Assembly: GCA_965219575.1 (NCBI GenBank) | Contig: OZ244779.1 | Location: 300,769 to 364,768 of the forward strand | DNA: 64,000 nt | Direction of reading: 5' to 3' | Origin: Candidatus Oxydemutatoraceae bacterium | GTDB lineage: Bacteria; Pseudomonadota; Gammaproteobacteria; Poriferisulfidales; Oxydemutatoraceae | Shown: piece after piece, positions 31,199 through 43,111 of the stretch | How the letters are laid out: every line of letters begins with the position of its first letter | How positions within the stretch are numbered: the stretch's first letter is position 1 | The notes under the pieces: model-generated | Seen by the model: only the letters and a program-made list of their open reading frames with translations | What the model was told of the DNA's origin: nothing | Database searches by the model: none | Program-made: the position numbers and the translations under genes

Positions 31199-32456
31199 AG
31201 AATTATACAGATAACTTGACAAATAAATGTTAAATTATATCAATGAAAACTCATAGAATAACCAGATACTGTTTGTACCCGGCGACCTATGAAAAGCATC
31301 AGCAATTACATGGAACTGCCGGAGCATGTCGTCATGTTTGGAATCACTTTGTAGCTAAGTTAAAGGACGAATACGAGTATTGCGGCGAGAGCCGGTTTAG
31401 CTTTTTCACCATAGGCAAGCAATTTACGACATTGCGAAAGCATTGCGACAAGTGGTTGCAAGGTTATTCCGCTTATATCGTGAAATCATCATTACAACCG
31501 ATAGAAATAGCATACAAAGGATTTTTCAAAGGCAACAACGGATTGCCGAAGTTTCACGGCAAATATACGCATAGCCCGTCTTTCCCGATCAATTATCAAT
31601 CGGCAAAACTATCGGGTTGTCACTTGTATATACAGAAAGTCGGCTGGATGAAGTTTGCCGGTGGCGATAGGTATCAAGGTGAGAAGTTTGTATCGGGTCA
31701 AGTGAAGTATGAGTGCGGTCATTGGTATGCATATATTTGTTATGAAGTAGAGCTAGCGGACAAACTGCACATGCTAAAGGAAGTGGGTTTGGATAGGAAT
31801 GTGGGGCAGATAGCATTGTCGGATGGAACACTGTATCACTTACCCGACTTAAAGCGTAAGGAAGCAAGGCGTAGGCGTTATCAACGAATGGTTGCTAGAC
31901 GGGTCAAGGGGAGCAACAGACGCAAGCTAGCGAAGTATAGATTACAGAAAGCGTATCAAGCGGAGCGATTTGCGAGGGCGAATTGGTGTCATCAAACCAG
32001 CAAGCTCATAGCAGATAAGTACGATATTGTTTATATGGAAGGATTAAATACAGCAGAAATGACGAAGTCGGCGAAGGGGACGATAGACAGTCCGGGTAAG
32101 CATGTGAAAGCAAAGTCAGGTTTGAATAGGGAGATACTAAAGAGTGGCTGGTATAAACTGGAGCAATGCTTAAGCTACAAAGCACAGGTAGAGAAAGTGC
32201 CGGCACACTACACGAGTCAGACCTGTAATAAATGTAGCGCGATAGATAAAGCAAGCCGCAAAACACAATCAATTTTCAAGTGTCGGTATTGCGGACACGA
32301 GGACAATGCGGACATCAATGCTGCATTAAACATTATGGCGGTTGGGAGTACCGCTACTGGGTGTGGAGATTGCAACATTGGTTGGTCTGTGAAGTGCCAA
32401 AAAGATAGGGTGGCGAGGCGGTCTAACAAGTCTGTCAAGTTACCTATATAATTCCC
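31198..32456. mobile_element. Non-autonomous TIR element carrying tnpB, 8-bp TSD AAATCATA
   Basis: 24-bp inverted ends (20/24 identical); AAATCATA at 31190-31197 and 32457-32464. Confidence 0.85.
31243..32451 (+). CDS. tnpB: RNA-guided endonuclease TnpB
   Basis: N-terminal CRHVWN, RuvC residues VGLD / YMEGL / NADINAALNI, zinc finger CNKC..CRYC. Confidence 0.93.
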   Translation: MKTHRITRYCLYPATYEKHQQLHGTAGACRHVWNHFVAKLKDEYEYCGESRFSFFTIGKQFTTLRKHCDKWLQGYSAYIVKSSLQPIEIAYKGFFKGNNGLPKFHGKYTHSPSFPINYQSAKLSGCHLYIQKVGWMKFAGGDRYQGEKFVSGQVKYECGHWYAYICYEVELADKLHMLKEVGLDRNVGQIALSDGTLYHLPDLKRKEARRRRYQRMVARRVKGSNRRKLAKYRLQKAYQAERFARANWCHQTSKLIADKYDIVYMEGLNTAEMTKSAKGTIDSPGKHVKAKSGLNREILKSGWYKLEQCLSYKAQVEKVPAHYTSQTCNKCSAIDKASRKTQSIFKCRYCGHEDNADINAALNIMAVGSTATGCGDCNIGWSVKCQKDRVARRSNKSVKLPI

Positions 32457-32483
32457 AAATCATAGGCTCGAAGCTCAGAGACG

Positions 32484-33386
32484 ATGACTTTTTCCACACT
32501 ACAAATGGATGCGACACGGCTTCGCGTCGGAAATTATTTTGAGGTATGCAAACCCAGGGTGGTTGCGGTAATGCTGTTCACCGCACTGGTCGGCATGTTG
32601 GTTGCCACACCGTTGACCTTGCCGTTTAGTACGATGCTTGCAGCGATGATCGGCATTGCGTTGGTGTCTGCTTCCGCCGCCGCCATCAATCATGTTGCCG
32701 ATCATAGAATAGACGCACTGATGCAGCGCACCCGAAATCGTCCGCTACCCAGCGGCGCACTATCGGCACGCGAAGTATTGACTTTTGCCGGAGTAATCGG
32801 CACCGTAGGCACACTGATATTGGTGCTTTTTGTTAATGTACTCACCGCGGCATTAACCCTACTATCGCTAGTCGGCTATGCGGTCGTCTATACGCGCTTC
32901 TTAAAATACGCAACGCCGCAAAACATCGTTATCGGCGGTGCTGCCGGTGCGACACCACCGATGCTCGGTTGGACGGCTGCCACTGGGCAGTTGGATTTCG
33001 GCGCATTTTTATTATTTCTAATCGTTTTTGTCTGGACACCACCGCATTTTTGGGCACTGGCGATGTGCAGAAAAAAAGAGTACGCCGCAGCCGGGGTGCC
33101 GATGCTACCGGTCACGCACGGTGAAGATTTTACCCGCCTGCAGATACTGCTCTATATCATTCTGTTAACACTGGTTACGACGCTTCCCTATGTAACCGGT
33201 TTGTCGGGACCGGTATATTTATTCTCGGCAACACTGCTAAACGGGGTGTTTATATATTACGGCTTGGTTCTGAGGATAAATCGCACCCCGAATAAAGCGA
33301 TGGAAACATTCGGATTTTCCATCGTCTACATTATGTTGCTGTTCACGGCCTTGCTTGTTGATCGCTATATCGGTTTATTGATTTAA
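32484..33386 (+). CDS. cyoE: Heme O synthase
   Basis: CKPRV, DALMQRTRNRP, WTPPHFW. Confidence 0.95.
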   Translation: MTFSTLQMDATRLRVGNYFEVCKPRVVAVMLFTALVGMLVATPLTLPFSTMLAAMIGIALVSASAAAINHVADHRIDALMQRTRNRPLPSGALSAREVLTFAGVIGTVGTLILVLFVNVLTAALTLLSLVGYAVVYTRFLKYATPQNIVIGGAAGATPPMLGWTAATGQLDFGAFLLFLIVFVWTPPHFWALAMCRKKEYAAAGVPMLPVTHGEDFTRLQILLYIILLTLVTTLPYVTGLSGPVYLFSATLLNGVFIYYGLVLRINRTPNKAMETFGFSIVYIMLLFTALLVDRYIGLLI

Positions 33387-33394
33387 GCACATTC

Positions 33395-33920
33395 GGGGCT
33401 GCTGAAAAAGTATTTTATGCACGTAGGGGCGGACTAACATGTCCGCCCGTAACGCGTTGGCCGGCACGATTTATACATTCATCCATTCAATTTATGGAAA
33501 CCAAAACCAAATGGCGCAAGCGGTTGGTGTCGTGCAGAACGGTACTTAAGAGCAGACACACAGGTCTGCCCCTACGGCTTGGTGGTTATTATAAATTCAC
33601 GGCGCAAGCGGTTACGGTTGCAAGCTGACGATACTTTTTCAACAGCCCCAAAAGTATCTGCAATATTTATACATTCATCCATTCAATTTATGGAAACCAA
33701 AACCAAATGGCGCAAGCGGTTGGTGTCGTGCAGAACGGTACTTAAGGGTAGACACACAGGTCTGCCCCTACGGTTTGGTGGTTATTATAAATTCATGGCG
33801 CAAACGGTTACGGTTGCACGCTGACGATACTTTTTCAACAGCCCCGTCGTGTCTGCAACATTAATACAATTTATGGAAACCAAAACCCGATGGCGCGTAG
33901 CGCGTGGGTTTGTGCAGAAG
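33395..33920. repeat. MITE-like element (33395-33649) with partial tandem copy to 33845
   Basis: TIRs, REP doublet and a duplicated internal block. Confidence 0.8.
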
Positions 33921-33925
33921 TGAGG

Positions 33926-34900
33926 TTATTCGCCGCGAAAATGCTCTTGATTATCCAAAAACCACTGGTAAAACGACGGCAACCCTTCGGCAAGGCTGAT
34001 ACTATGGTGCCAACCTAAACGGTGTATCAAAGAAACATCCATCAGCTTGCGCGGTGTGCCGTCCGGTTTTGAGGTGTCGTAGACAATCTTGCCCTCGAAG
34101 CCGACTATCTGTGCAATTAAAGCGGCGCAATCGGCAATCGTAATTTCCTCGCCCGAACCGATATTGATGTGCGATTGTTGGGGGGAGATATGCTTGTCAT
34201 AGCTTGCTTTGTCTACTTGCATAATATACAGACATGCAGAGGCTAAATCATCAACATGCAAGAATTCACGCTTCACCTTGCCGGTCCCCCAAATCTCAAT
34301 TTTATCCGAGTTGCTTGCCGTCGCCTCGTGAAAGCGGCGCACCAACGCTGCCAAGACATGGCTGTTTTTTAGGTGAAAATTATCACCCGGACCATATAAA
34401 TTAGGCGGCATCAGAGAGCGATAATCGGTTCCGTATTGGCGGTTGTACGACTCGCATAGTTTGATACCGGTGATTTTTGCAACCGCATAAGGCTCGTTGG
34501 TCGCTTCCAAATGCCCCGACAGCAATGCCACCTCGGGCATCGGTTGTGCGGTTTGGCGTGGGTAGATACATGAACTTCCCAGAAAAATCAGGTTCTGTAT
34601 ACCGGCTTGCCATGCTTCGTGAATAAGATTTATCTCGATCATCAGATTCTGATGTATAAACTCGGCAGGATAGGTATTGTTTGCGTAGATTCCACCGACG
34701 CGGGCTGCCGCAACGACGAGACAATCGAGCGGGTTTGATTGAAAGAATTGACGCACCGCCGAGGAATCGCACAGATCCAGTTGTTTGTGCGGGATGGTAA
34801 TCGGTTGCTTAAAGCCTTGTGTTTGCAATGCTCTGACGATTGCCGAACCGACCATGCCGGTATGCCCGGCAACATAAACGGTGCTATTTTTGTTAATCAT
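33926..34900 (-). CDS. fcl: GDP-L-fucose synthase
   Basis: GHTGMVG, AARVGGI, GSSCIYP, YAVAK. Confidence 0.95.
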   Translation of the reverse strand: MINKNSTVYVAGHTGMVGSAIVRALQTQGFKQPITIPHKQLDLCDSSAVRQFFQSNPLDCLVVAAARVGGIYANNTYPAEFIHQNLMIEINLIHEAWQAGIQNLIFLGSSCIYPRQTAQPMPEVALLSGHLEATNEPYAVAKITGIKLCESYNRQYGTDYRSLMPPNLYGPGDNFHLKNSHVLAALVRRFHEATASNSDKIEIWGTGKVKREFLHVDDLASACLYIMQVDKASYDKHISPQQSHINIGSGEEITIADCAALIAQIVGFEGKIVYDTSKPDGTPRKLMDVSLIHRLGWHHSISLAEGLPSFYQWFLDNQEHFRGE

Positions 34901-34916
34901 CGGCGATATTACAGGG

Positions 34917-35975
34917 TTATTGTTGGGAGAGTTTTTCAAACTTTGCGAGCTTCAGATCTTCTTCTACCATTTCGTCTACGAGTTCGTCAAAAGTAATTTT
35001 GGGTTGCCAGCCCAGCTCGGTGCGCGCACGGGCGGCATCACCTTTTAAGGCTTCCAGTTCAAAGGGTCGAAAGTATCGAGGATCTACTTTGACAACGAGC
35101 CTCCCAGTTTTAGTGTCTATACCCTGCTCGTCAACGCCGGAACCTTGCCATTCTATTTGCATATCCATGCGTCCGGCGACGACTTCGACAAATTCCCGTA
35201 CCGAGCGTTGCTCACCCAGCGCAATCACATAATCTTTGGGCTTGTCTTGTTGGAGCATGAGCCATTGTGCTTCGACATAATCGCGGGCGTGTCCCCAGTC
35301 GCGCAGTGCGTCTAGGTTGCCTAAAGCAAGATAGTCTTGCAGGTTATTTTTGATACGGGCAAGTGCTCGGGTTATTTTACGGGTGACGAAAGTCTCACCG
35401 CGTTTTTTAGATTCGTGATTAAACAAAATGCCGTTGACCGCATAAATCCCGTAGGCTTCTCTGTAAATAACCGAAATCCAGTAAGCGTATAATTTGGCGG
35501 CAGCGTAGGGCGAGCAGGGGCGAAATGGTGTATCCTCGTTTTGAGGGCTTTCCGGCGATTGACCGTACATTTCCGATGTGGAGGCTTGGTAATAACGCAC
35601 CGTTTTATTCATGTGTAGGGTGCGGATTGCCTCGAGCATTCGCAGCGGACCCAAAGCATCCGAGTTTGCGGTGTATTCGGGCTCTTCAAACGAGACGGCA
35701 ACATGAGATTGCGCAGCGATATTGTATATTTCGTCGGGTTTTGTCTTTTCTATGATATGAACCAAGCTACTGGAGTCGGTCATATCGCCGTGGTGCATGT
35801 TGAATCCTTTACCGTGCTCGTGGAACTTGTTGTATAAATGGTCTACTCGGTCGGTATTGAATAGCGAGGTTCGCCGTTTAATGCCGTGAACGGTATACCC
35901 TTTTTCCAGCAGGAACTCGGAAAGGTAGGCACCGTCTTGCCCCGTGACACCGGTGATTAATGCGCATTTACTCAT
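34917..35975 (-). CDS. gmd: GDP-mannose 4,6-dehydratase
   Basis: [24 protein letters not shown]. Confidence 0.96.
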   Translation of the reverse strand: MSKCALITGVTGQDGAYLSEFLLEKGYTVHGIKRRTSLFNTDRVDHLYNKFHEHGKGFNMHHGDMTDSSSLVHIIEKTKPDEIYNIAAQSHVAVSFEEPEYTANSDALGPLRMLEAIRTLHMNKTVRYYQASTSEMYGQSPESPQNEDTPFRPCSPYAAAKLYAYWISVIYREAYGIYAVNGILFNHESKKRGETFVTRKITRALARIKNNLQDYLALGNLDALRDWGHARDYVEAQWLMLQQDKPKDYVIALGEQRSVREFVEVVAGRMDMQIEWQGSGVDEQGIDTKTGRLVVKVDPRYFRPFELEALKGDAARARTELGWQPKITFDELVDEMVEEDLKLAKFEKLSQQ

Positions 35976-36081
35976 TGTTGATTACTTGTTTTAGGAATAA
36001 AGGGAGGAATTATAGCATATAAACTTGTTCTGGTTATTTTCCTCCTGTGGCGGGGCGGCAAACGAGATAGAACCGCCGGTT

Positions 36082-37068
36082 CTATTGAAGCGGTCCTTCC
36101 AAGAAAACTTTGCTACGAATGTAAATAGCTAGCGGATCGCCAATAGTGACCGTGGTTTGACGGCATGATCGGTTATTCATTGCTTGAGTCTCGGTCAGGT
36201 TACTGGGCGGGTTACTTTCCCCTATCACTATGGAAAACTGCTCTTCACCCTCAATACGATTGTCTCTCACTATCAGGTTTTCCAATGTGAAGCTGTTTTC
36301 GCCTGCTTTGATGACCACCGGAGTTATGGGGTTATAGTCAACATTCTTGAACGCCGTTTCATCGGTATAGATGAGTGTTACCGTGGTATTCCTATTCAAG
36401 CCTATCGTGGTATCGGCATTCTCCCCTCTGCGCAGTTCAATTATCGGTAGGTTGGTATTATCGCCCTCTCGAACGGAATAACTCCGTTGCGAGAAGCAAA
36501 GTAAGTATTCATCGTCCAATACCCTGAAAGTGATAGAACTGTTGGTACCACTGCGTCTGATATTGCTGGAGATATTATTAGGTGTAGGCATTGAGCCTAG
36601 AGAAATTAATATATCATTATCGCCGCCGGGATTTAAAGCAGAGTTATCGTTGAGCTGCCATTCCAATGTTGCGGTTTGCGCGTTTGCACCGCTAAAGGTA
36701 ATACTTTGAGTAAAAAGTTCCTTATTAAAATTTAGGCTAACACCATCACCGGATACGAGTCTTAGAATCCCAGTTTGTTGAGGAATCCCAGGTTGTTGAG
36801 TTAGCTGCCCTTCTGTGGAGAAAGTTAGCTGTAGTGATTGACCGGTTCTAAGCGGTCGGCTTAAAGAGATGGAAAACCGTATCTTGGGTCCGACAAGCCT
36901 ATCGCCTTGAGGGATGCCTTCGTATATCGGTGAAGGAGACAATCGCTCTATGCTATATATCAAGTCTTGTGCGACGGCAGACTGTGTAAAGCAAAGAGCC
37001 AACAAAAACAAGCCGAATAGCAATACACGCCGACGATAGGTATTGTTGTTGTGGACATAAGTATTCAT
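36082..37068 (-). CDS. Secreted Calx-beta-like domain protein with C-terminal IRSKVFLEGPLQ
   Basis: Signal peptide ending AVA|Q; FSQRSYSVREG..TA..DY..DNRIEGEEQF. Confidence 0.75.
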   Translation of the reverse strand: MNTYVHNNNTYRRRVLLFGLFLLALCFTQSAVAQDLIYSIERLSPSPIYEGIPQGDRLVGPKIRFSISLSRPLRTGQSLQLTFSTEGQLTQQPGIPQQTGILRLVSGDGVSLNFNKELFTQSITFSGANAQTATLEWQLNDNSALNPGGDNDILISLGSMPTPNNISSNIRRSGTNSSITFRVLDDEYLLCFSQRSYSVREGDNTNLPIIELRRGENADTTIGLNRNTTVTLIYTDETAFKNVDYNPITPVVIKAGENSFTLENLIVRDNRIEGEEQFSIVIGESNPPSNLTETQAMNNRSCRQTTVTIGDPLAIYIRSKVFLEGPLQ

Positions 37069-37215
37069 AGCGGTATTTTACCCGAAATGTAACCGACATG
37101 TGTAGGGGTGAACATCGTTGAATTGCCTATTGACCTACCGGCTCAACCGGCGGCTCTATATTTATAATTGTAATTATTATAATTTATGTTATAATTCGTT
37201 CCTTTGATAAATTAA

Positions 37216-38857
<1,642 letters not shown>

Positions 38858-38948
38858 TAGCATAACTTTTTATGGTGAGATGATAGAGGAACTACAAGGA
38901 TGTAGTTTCTCTATCGTTTTTTTGAAGCGTAGGTATCTGCAATATCTT

Positions 38949-40019
38949 TCAAAGAGGTCTAGAAAGCCTATTGAATAAATCCTTTCTAGGGATAGGCGCA
39001 TTATTTTTACCTTGTCCTATTTTTCTTTGGTCTAGCGATATAATTTTAATGTGTGGATTGAAATATCGCGTAGCGTCTACAAATCCGGAACCGGTAGTAT
39101 AGATAAGTTTGCTTTTTGCTAAAATCAGAAAATCTATCAGCGCATCTTTCTCTTGATTAAAATTATCAATTTCGTTTCGCGGATGTCCAATAATATTGTG
39201 TTTATGTAGGGGAAGTTCATTATAAGAGCGTTCAATATCTCTTGAAAACACTCTTCCCGGAAAGGCCATATACATTTTATCAATAAACTGCGCTTGATCC
39301 GAACATGCGAATATACTGTATTCGTCACCTATTACCCTTTTTAGGTAAATAATATAAGGATCAAGATCTATCCTATATCTGTATTTGAACAGAGAATCTT
39401 TTTTTGCAGCTATGTCTGTGCCACGGTAATGGACGGCAACCCAATTCCCTTTAATATTATTGGCAATCCATTGATCAGCACATCTTTTAAGATGCCGGTT
39501 TATCGCAAGTTTCGATAGTATTTTATGTCCGTATACCGAAGAAATGCAAAAAATCCCAAACCACGCAATGTCATTTTCGATTTTTTTTTGCGTAGAAAAT
39601 TGCAATTTATGCTTTGATTCATTTGTCATATTGATTAAATTATCGCTTTCAAAATGTCTCCATATCATGTTGGTAGGTTTTTTGATCTTTACATTAATTT
39701 TCATTTTTTCACAGATCCATGCAAAAGCAACGAACCCATCTAAAGACGTACCTATAGGGCGATAATCTTCATAATTCACTACTACACATTTACTATCAAG
39801 ATAATCTCTGTGTAAGAATTGACGACGGAATAGACAAGTAAACCATAAACATCTATCCAGAATACGCGCTACTGTTGTTTTGTTGACTTTAACTTTAATC
39901 ATAGGTTTTTGTATTTCAAATTTTAGAGTGGCAACTAAAATCATCCATATGGCTAGAACACGTAACTTGATAAAACGCCACCATAGCATGATCTGCCTGC
40001 CAAGCGCAGATAATTTCAT
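38949..40019 (-). CDS. Putative fucosyltransferase (NodZ/GT23-like)
   Basis: VHYRGTD, IFACSD and ALIDFLILAKS motifs; AT-rich. Confidence 0.6.
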   Translation of the reverse strand: MKLSALGRQIMLWWRFIKLRVLAIWMILVATLKFEIQKPMIKVKVNKTTVARILDRCLWFTCLFRRQFLHRDYLDSKCVVVNYEDYRPIGTSLDGFVAFAWICEKMKINVKIKKPTNMIWRHFESDNLINMTNESKHKLQFSTQKKIENDIAWFGIFCISSVYGHKILSKLAINRHLKRCADQWIANNIKGNWVAVHYRGTDIAAKKDSLFKYRYRIDLDPYIIYLKRVIGDEYSIFACSDQAQFIDKMYMAFPGRVFSRDIERSYNELPLHKHNIIGHPRNEIDNFNQEKDALIDFLILAKSKLIYTTGSGFVDATRYFNPHIKIISLDQRKIGQGKNNAPIPRKDLFNRLSRPL

Positions 40020-40032
40020 TTACATGTCTCGA

Positions 40033-41013
40033 TCAGACCACTTTGTCGGGTAAAGGTTCTCCTGCCAGATAGGCTTTTAGGTTTTGTAGTACTCGACGAC
40101 CCATTGCGATGCGAGTCTCCAGAGAAGCACTTCCCAGATGCGGAAGCAACACGATATTCTCCAAGCCGAGAAATCCGGGGTCTAGTTCGGGTTCGCCTTC
40201 GTAGACATCTAATCCTGCACCGGCAATGATTTTTTCCTTCAACGCTGTGATTAGTGCTTGATTATCTATCACATCGCCTCGTGCGGTGTTGATAATAAAA
40301 GCCGATGGTTTCATCAGAGAAAGTCGCTCGATGTTTATTAAATGATAGGTTGCTTTACCGCCCGGACAATGTAACGAGATAAAGTCTGCGCTGGACATCA
40401 ATTCTTCCAAGGAATCGCACGGAGTTGCCGAGACGGCATCGATGGCTTCCTGTGGAATGTGATCCATAGCCGGGTCGCTGAAGGTTATATTCATCCCGAA
40501 GCCGTGATGTGATCTTTTAGCGACTGCTTGGGCGATGCGCCCGAAGCCGACCAATCCTAGAGTTTTGCCGGTCACCTTCGTCCCCATCATGTGGGTTGGA
40601 CGCCACCCGCTCCACGCGCCGGCACGCAGATGTCGTTCGCCCTCTCCGGTACGGCGGGCAACCATCAACATCAAAACCATTGCGATATCGGCGGTACAAT
40701 CGGTCAGCACTTCGGGGGTATTGCTAACCGCAACATTCGCTTTTTTAGCAGCTTCTAAATCTATGTGATTGAAGCCGACACCGAAATTGCCGAGAAAACG
40801 GCACGCCATATCGTCAATGCCGAGTATTTCGGCATCGATAGGGTCGGTCACCGTCGGCAACACGCACTCGGCACTTGCCAGTGCCGCTTTGAGTTCGTCT
40901 TTGGACATGGGGCGGTCATCTTCGTTTAGACACACATCGTCGCACATCGTTTTAAGTTCTTGTTCCACAACTTCCGGCCAACGTCGGGTTACGACTACGG
41001 TTTTACTCATCAA
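40033..41013 (-). CDS. D-glycerate dehydrogenase / hydroxypyruvate reductase
   Basis: GFGRIA, INTARG, DVYEGEP, LPHLGS. Confidence 0.88.
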   Translation of the reverse strand: MMSKTVVVTRRWPEVVEQELKTMCDDVCLNEDDRPMSKDELKAALASAECVLPTVTDPIDAEILGIDDMACRFLGNFGVGFNHIDLEAAKKANVAVSNTPEVLTDCTADIAMVLMLMVARRTGEGERHLRAGAWSGWRPTHMMGTKVTGKTLGLVGFGRIAQAVAKRSHHGFGMNITFSDPAMDHIPQEAIDAVSATPCDSLEELMSSADFISLHCPGGKATYHLINIERLSLMKPSAFIINTARGDVIDNQALITALKEKIIAGAGLDVYEGEPELDPGFLGLENIVLLPHLGSASLETRIAMGRRVLQNLKAYLAGEPLPDKVV

Positions 41014-41025
41014 TCTTTCCTTTGC

Positions 41026-41913
41026 TTATAGCTTTTTCATGACCTCGGCCATCGTAGAGCCGAGTTCGGATGGATTCGGCGCAATTGCCACGCCGGCTTC
41101 TTGCAAGATTTCGACTTTCTCATCGGCACTTTCTCCTTTGCCGGAAACGATTGCACCGGCGTGTCCCATCCGTCGTCCTTTGGGCGCGGTCATTCCGGCG
41201 ATATAAGCGACCACCGGTTTGCTCATTTCCGATTTGATAAACTCCGCCGCTTCCGCTTCTTGGGGGCCGCCGATTTCACCGATCATCATCACCGCCTTGG
41301 TTTCGGGGTCGGCTTCGAACATTTCCAGTATGTCGCGATGCGAACTACCGTTAATCGGATCGCCGCCGATGCCTACGCTGGTCGTGATACCGATGTTTAA
41401 CGCTTTCATTTGCGAGGCGGCTTCATAGCCGAGTGTGCCCGAGCGTGCAACCACACCGACATCGCCGGTTATATAAATGTGTCCGGGCATGATCCCCATC
41501 ATTGCTTTGCCCGGGCTAATCGTGCCGGCACAGTTCGGGCCGGTGAGAATCATTTTTTTGGTTTCCTTATAACGGCGCATGAAACGTTTGACGCGCATCA
41601 TATCCAAAGCGGGTATGCCGTCGGTAATGGCAACGGCATATTTAATACCGCCGTCGGTTGCTTCCATCAGCGAATCGGCAGCGGCAGCAGCGGGGACGAA
41701 TAAAACACTCGCTTCGGCATCGGTTTCTTCTACCGCTTGTTTGACGGTATCGAAGACCGGCAGGTCGAGGTATGTTGTCCCGCCCTTGCCGGGAGTGACA
41801 CCGCCGACGACATTGGTGCCGTATTCAACCATCTCTTTAGTATGAAAACTACCGATCCTGCCGGTAATTCCCTGCACTATAACTTTGGTTTTTTCGTCTA
41901 GTAGTATTGCCAT
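41026..41913 (-). CDS. mtkB: Malate-CoA ligase alpha subunit (SucD family)
   Basis: GPNCAG, RMGHAGA; follows mcl-mtkA. Confidence 0.8.
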   Translation of the reverse strand: MAILLDEKTKVIVQGITGRIGSFHTKEMVEYGTNVVGGVTPGKGGTTYLDLPVFDTVKQAVEETDAEASVLFVPAAAAADSLMEATDGGIKYAVAITDGIPALDMMRVKRFMRRYKETKKMILTGPNCAGTISPGKAMMGIMPGHIYITGDVGVVARSGTLGYEAASQMKALNIGITTSVGIGGDPINGSSHRDILEMFEADPETKAVMMIGEIGGPQEAEAAEFIKSEMSKPVVAYIAGMTAPKGRRMGHAGAIVSGKGESADEKVEILQEAGVAIAPNPSELGSTMAEVMKKL

Positions 41914-41922
41914 GATGTCTCC

Positions 41923-43089
41923 TTATGATTTTGTGGCAGCAACCGCTTTCTCTGCCGCCTCGCCCAGAGTATACGCAGAGATAACCGGCAAACCGCTCTC
42001 TTTGATCATTTGCTGACCTTGTTCGACATTAGTTCCCGACAAACGCACCACCAAAGGCACGTTGAGTTCTATGGATTTGATTGCTTTAATCAAGCCTTCG
42101 GCAATCCAATCGCAACGATTAATACCGGCGTAAATGTTAACCAGCATGGACTTGACGTTTTTATCTTCTAAAACCAACTCGAATGCTTTAGCAACTCGCT
42201 CCGGTGAGGCACCGCCGCCGATGTCTAAAAAGTTCGCCGGCTCGCCGCCGGCGTATTTAATCATATCCATCGTTGCCATCGCAAGTCCTGCACCATTGAT
42301 CATACAGCCGATGTTTCCTTCCAATCCGACATAGCTTAGGTCGTGTTCCGAGGCATTGGTTTCGCGGGGGTCTTCCTGCGATTTGTCGCGCATTTGAGAA
42401 ATTTCCGGGTGTTTGTATAAAGCATTGTCGTCGACTGCGAGTTTGGCATCGACCGGCACCAACTGGTCTTCAGATTGAGTGACGACCAACGGATTGATTT
42501 CCAACAGATTGGCATCGCTCTGAACGAAGGTTTTATAGCAGTTGATGAATAATTTAATCGCCTCTTTGAGTAGCGGCTTAGGGATATCGAGCGCAAATGC
42601 CAATTCACGCGCCTGAAAGGGTTCCATGCCGATTGCCGGATCGATAGGTGAGCGAATAATCGTCTCGGGTTGGCTTTCGGCAAGTTCTTCTATGTCCATG
42701 CCGCCGACTGCCGAAGCGATCGCAACGATACGCTCGGTTGCACGATCCAGCACAAATGCCAGATAAAGTTCGCGGCCGATAGCGGTTCCCGCCTCTATAT
42801 AGATTTTCTCGACGGTTTTCCCTTGCGAACCGGTCTGCCGGGTGACCAAAGAGGTTCCTAAGATGTTGTTGACGAACTTGCGTATTTCCTCTTCGCTGTA
42901 ACAGACTTTGATGCCCCCGGCTTTGCCGCGCGCGCCGGAATGGATTTGTGCTTTTACCGCACAAGTCGGGGTTCCGATTTCTCTATAGCCGGCAACCGCC
43001 TGAGCAGGGCTATAGGCGAGTCTTGCGGCAGCGATTTTAACACCGTTTTTTTGCAGAAGTGCTTTTGCCTGATATTCGTGAAGGTTCAT
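41923..43089 (-). CDS. mtkA: Malate-CoA ligase beta subunit
   Basis: SGARGKAGG, NGAGLAM, AGINRCDW (MtkA-type rather than SucC GGIVRCD). Confidence 0.85.
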   Translation of the reverse strand: MNLHEYQAKALLQKNGVKIAAARLAYSPAQAVAGYREIGTPTCAVKAQIHSGARGKAGGIKVCYSEEEIRKFVNNILGTSLVTRQTGSQGKTVEKIYIEAGTAIGRELYLAFVLDRATERIVAIASAVGGMDIEELAESQPETIIRSPIDPAIGMEPFQARELAFALDIPKPLLKEAIKLFINCYKTFVQSDANLLEINPLVVTQSEDQLVPVDAKLAVDDNALYKHPEISQMRDKSQEDPRETNASEHDLSYVGLEGNIGCMINGAGLAMATMDMIKYAGGEPANFLDIGGGASPERVAKAFELVLEDKNVKSMLVNIYAGINRCDWIAEGLIKAIKSIELNVPLVVRLSGTNVEQGQQMIKESGLPVISAYTLGEAAEKAVAATKS

Positions 43090-43111
43090 TGTGATCTCCT
43101 CCTATGGTTTT

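Noticed and set aside
6874-33824. Short ORFs in intergenic repeats (e.g. 6874, 8975, 10399, 10627, 13828, 28277, 33579)
   Set aside because: Chance translations of MITE/REP DNA; their shared peptides reflect the DNA repeats.
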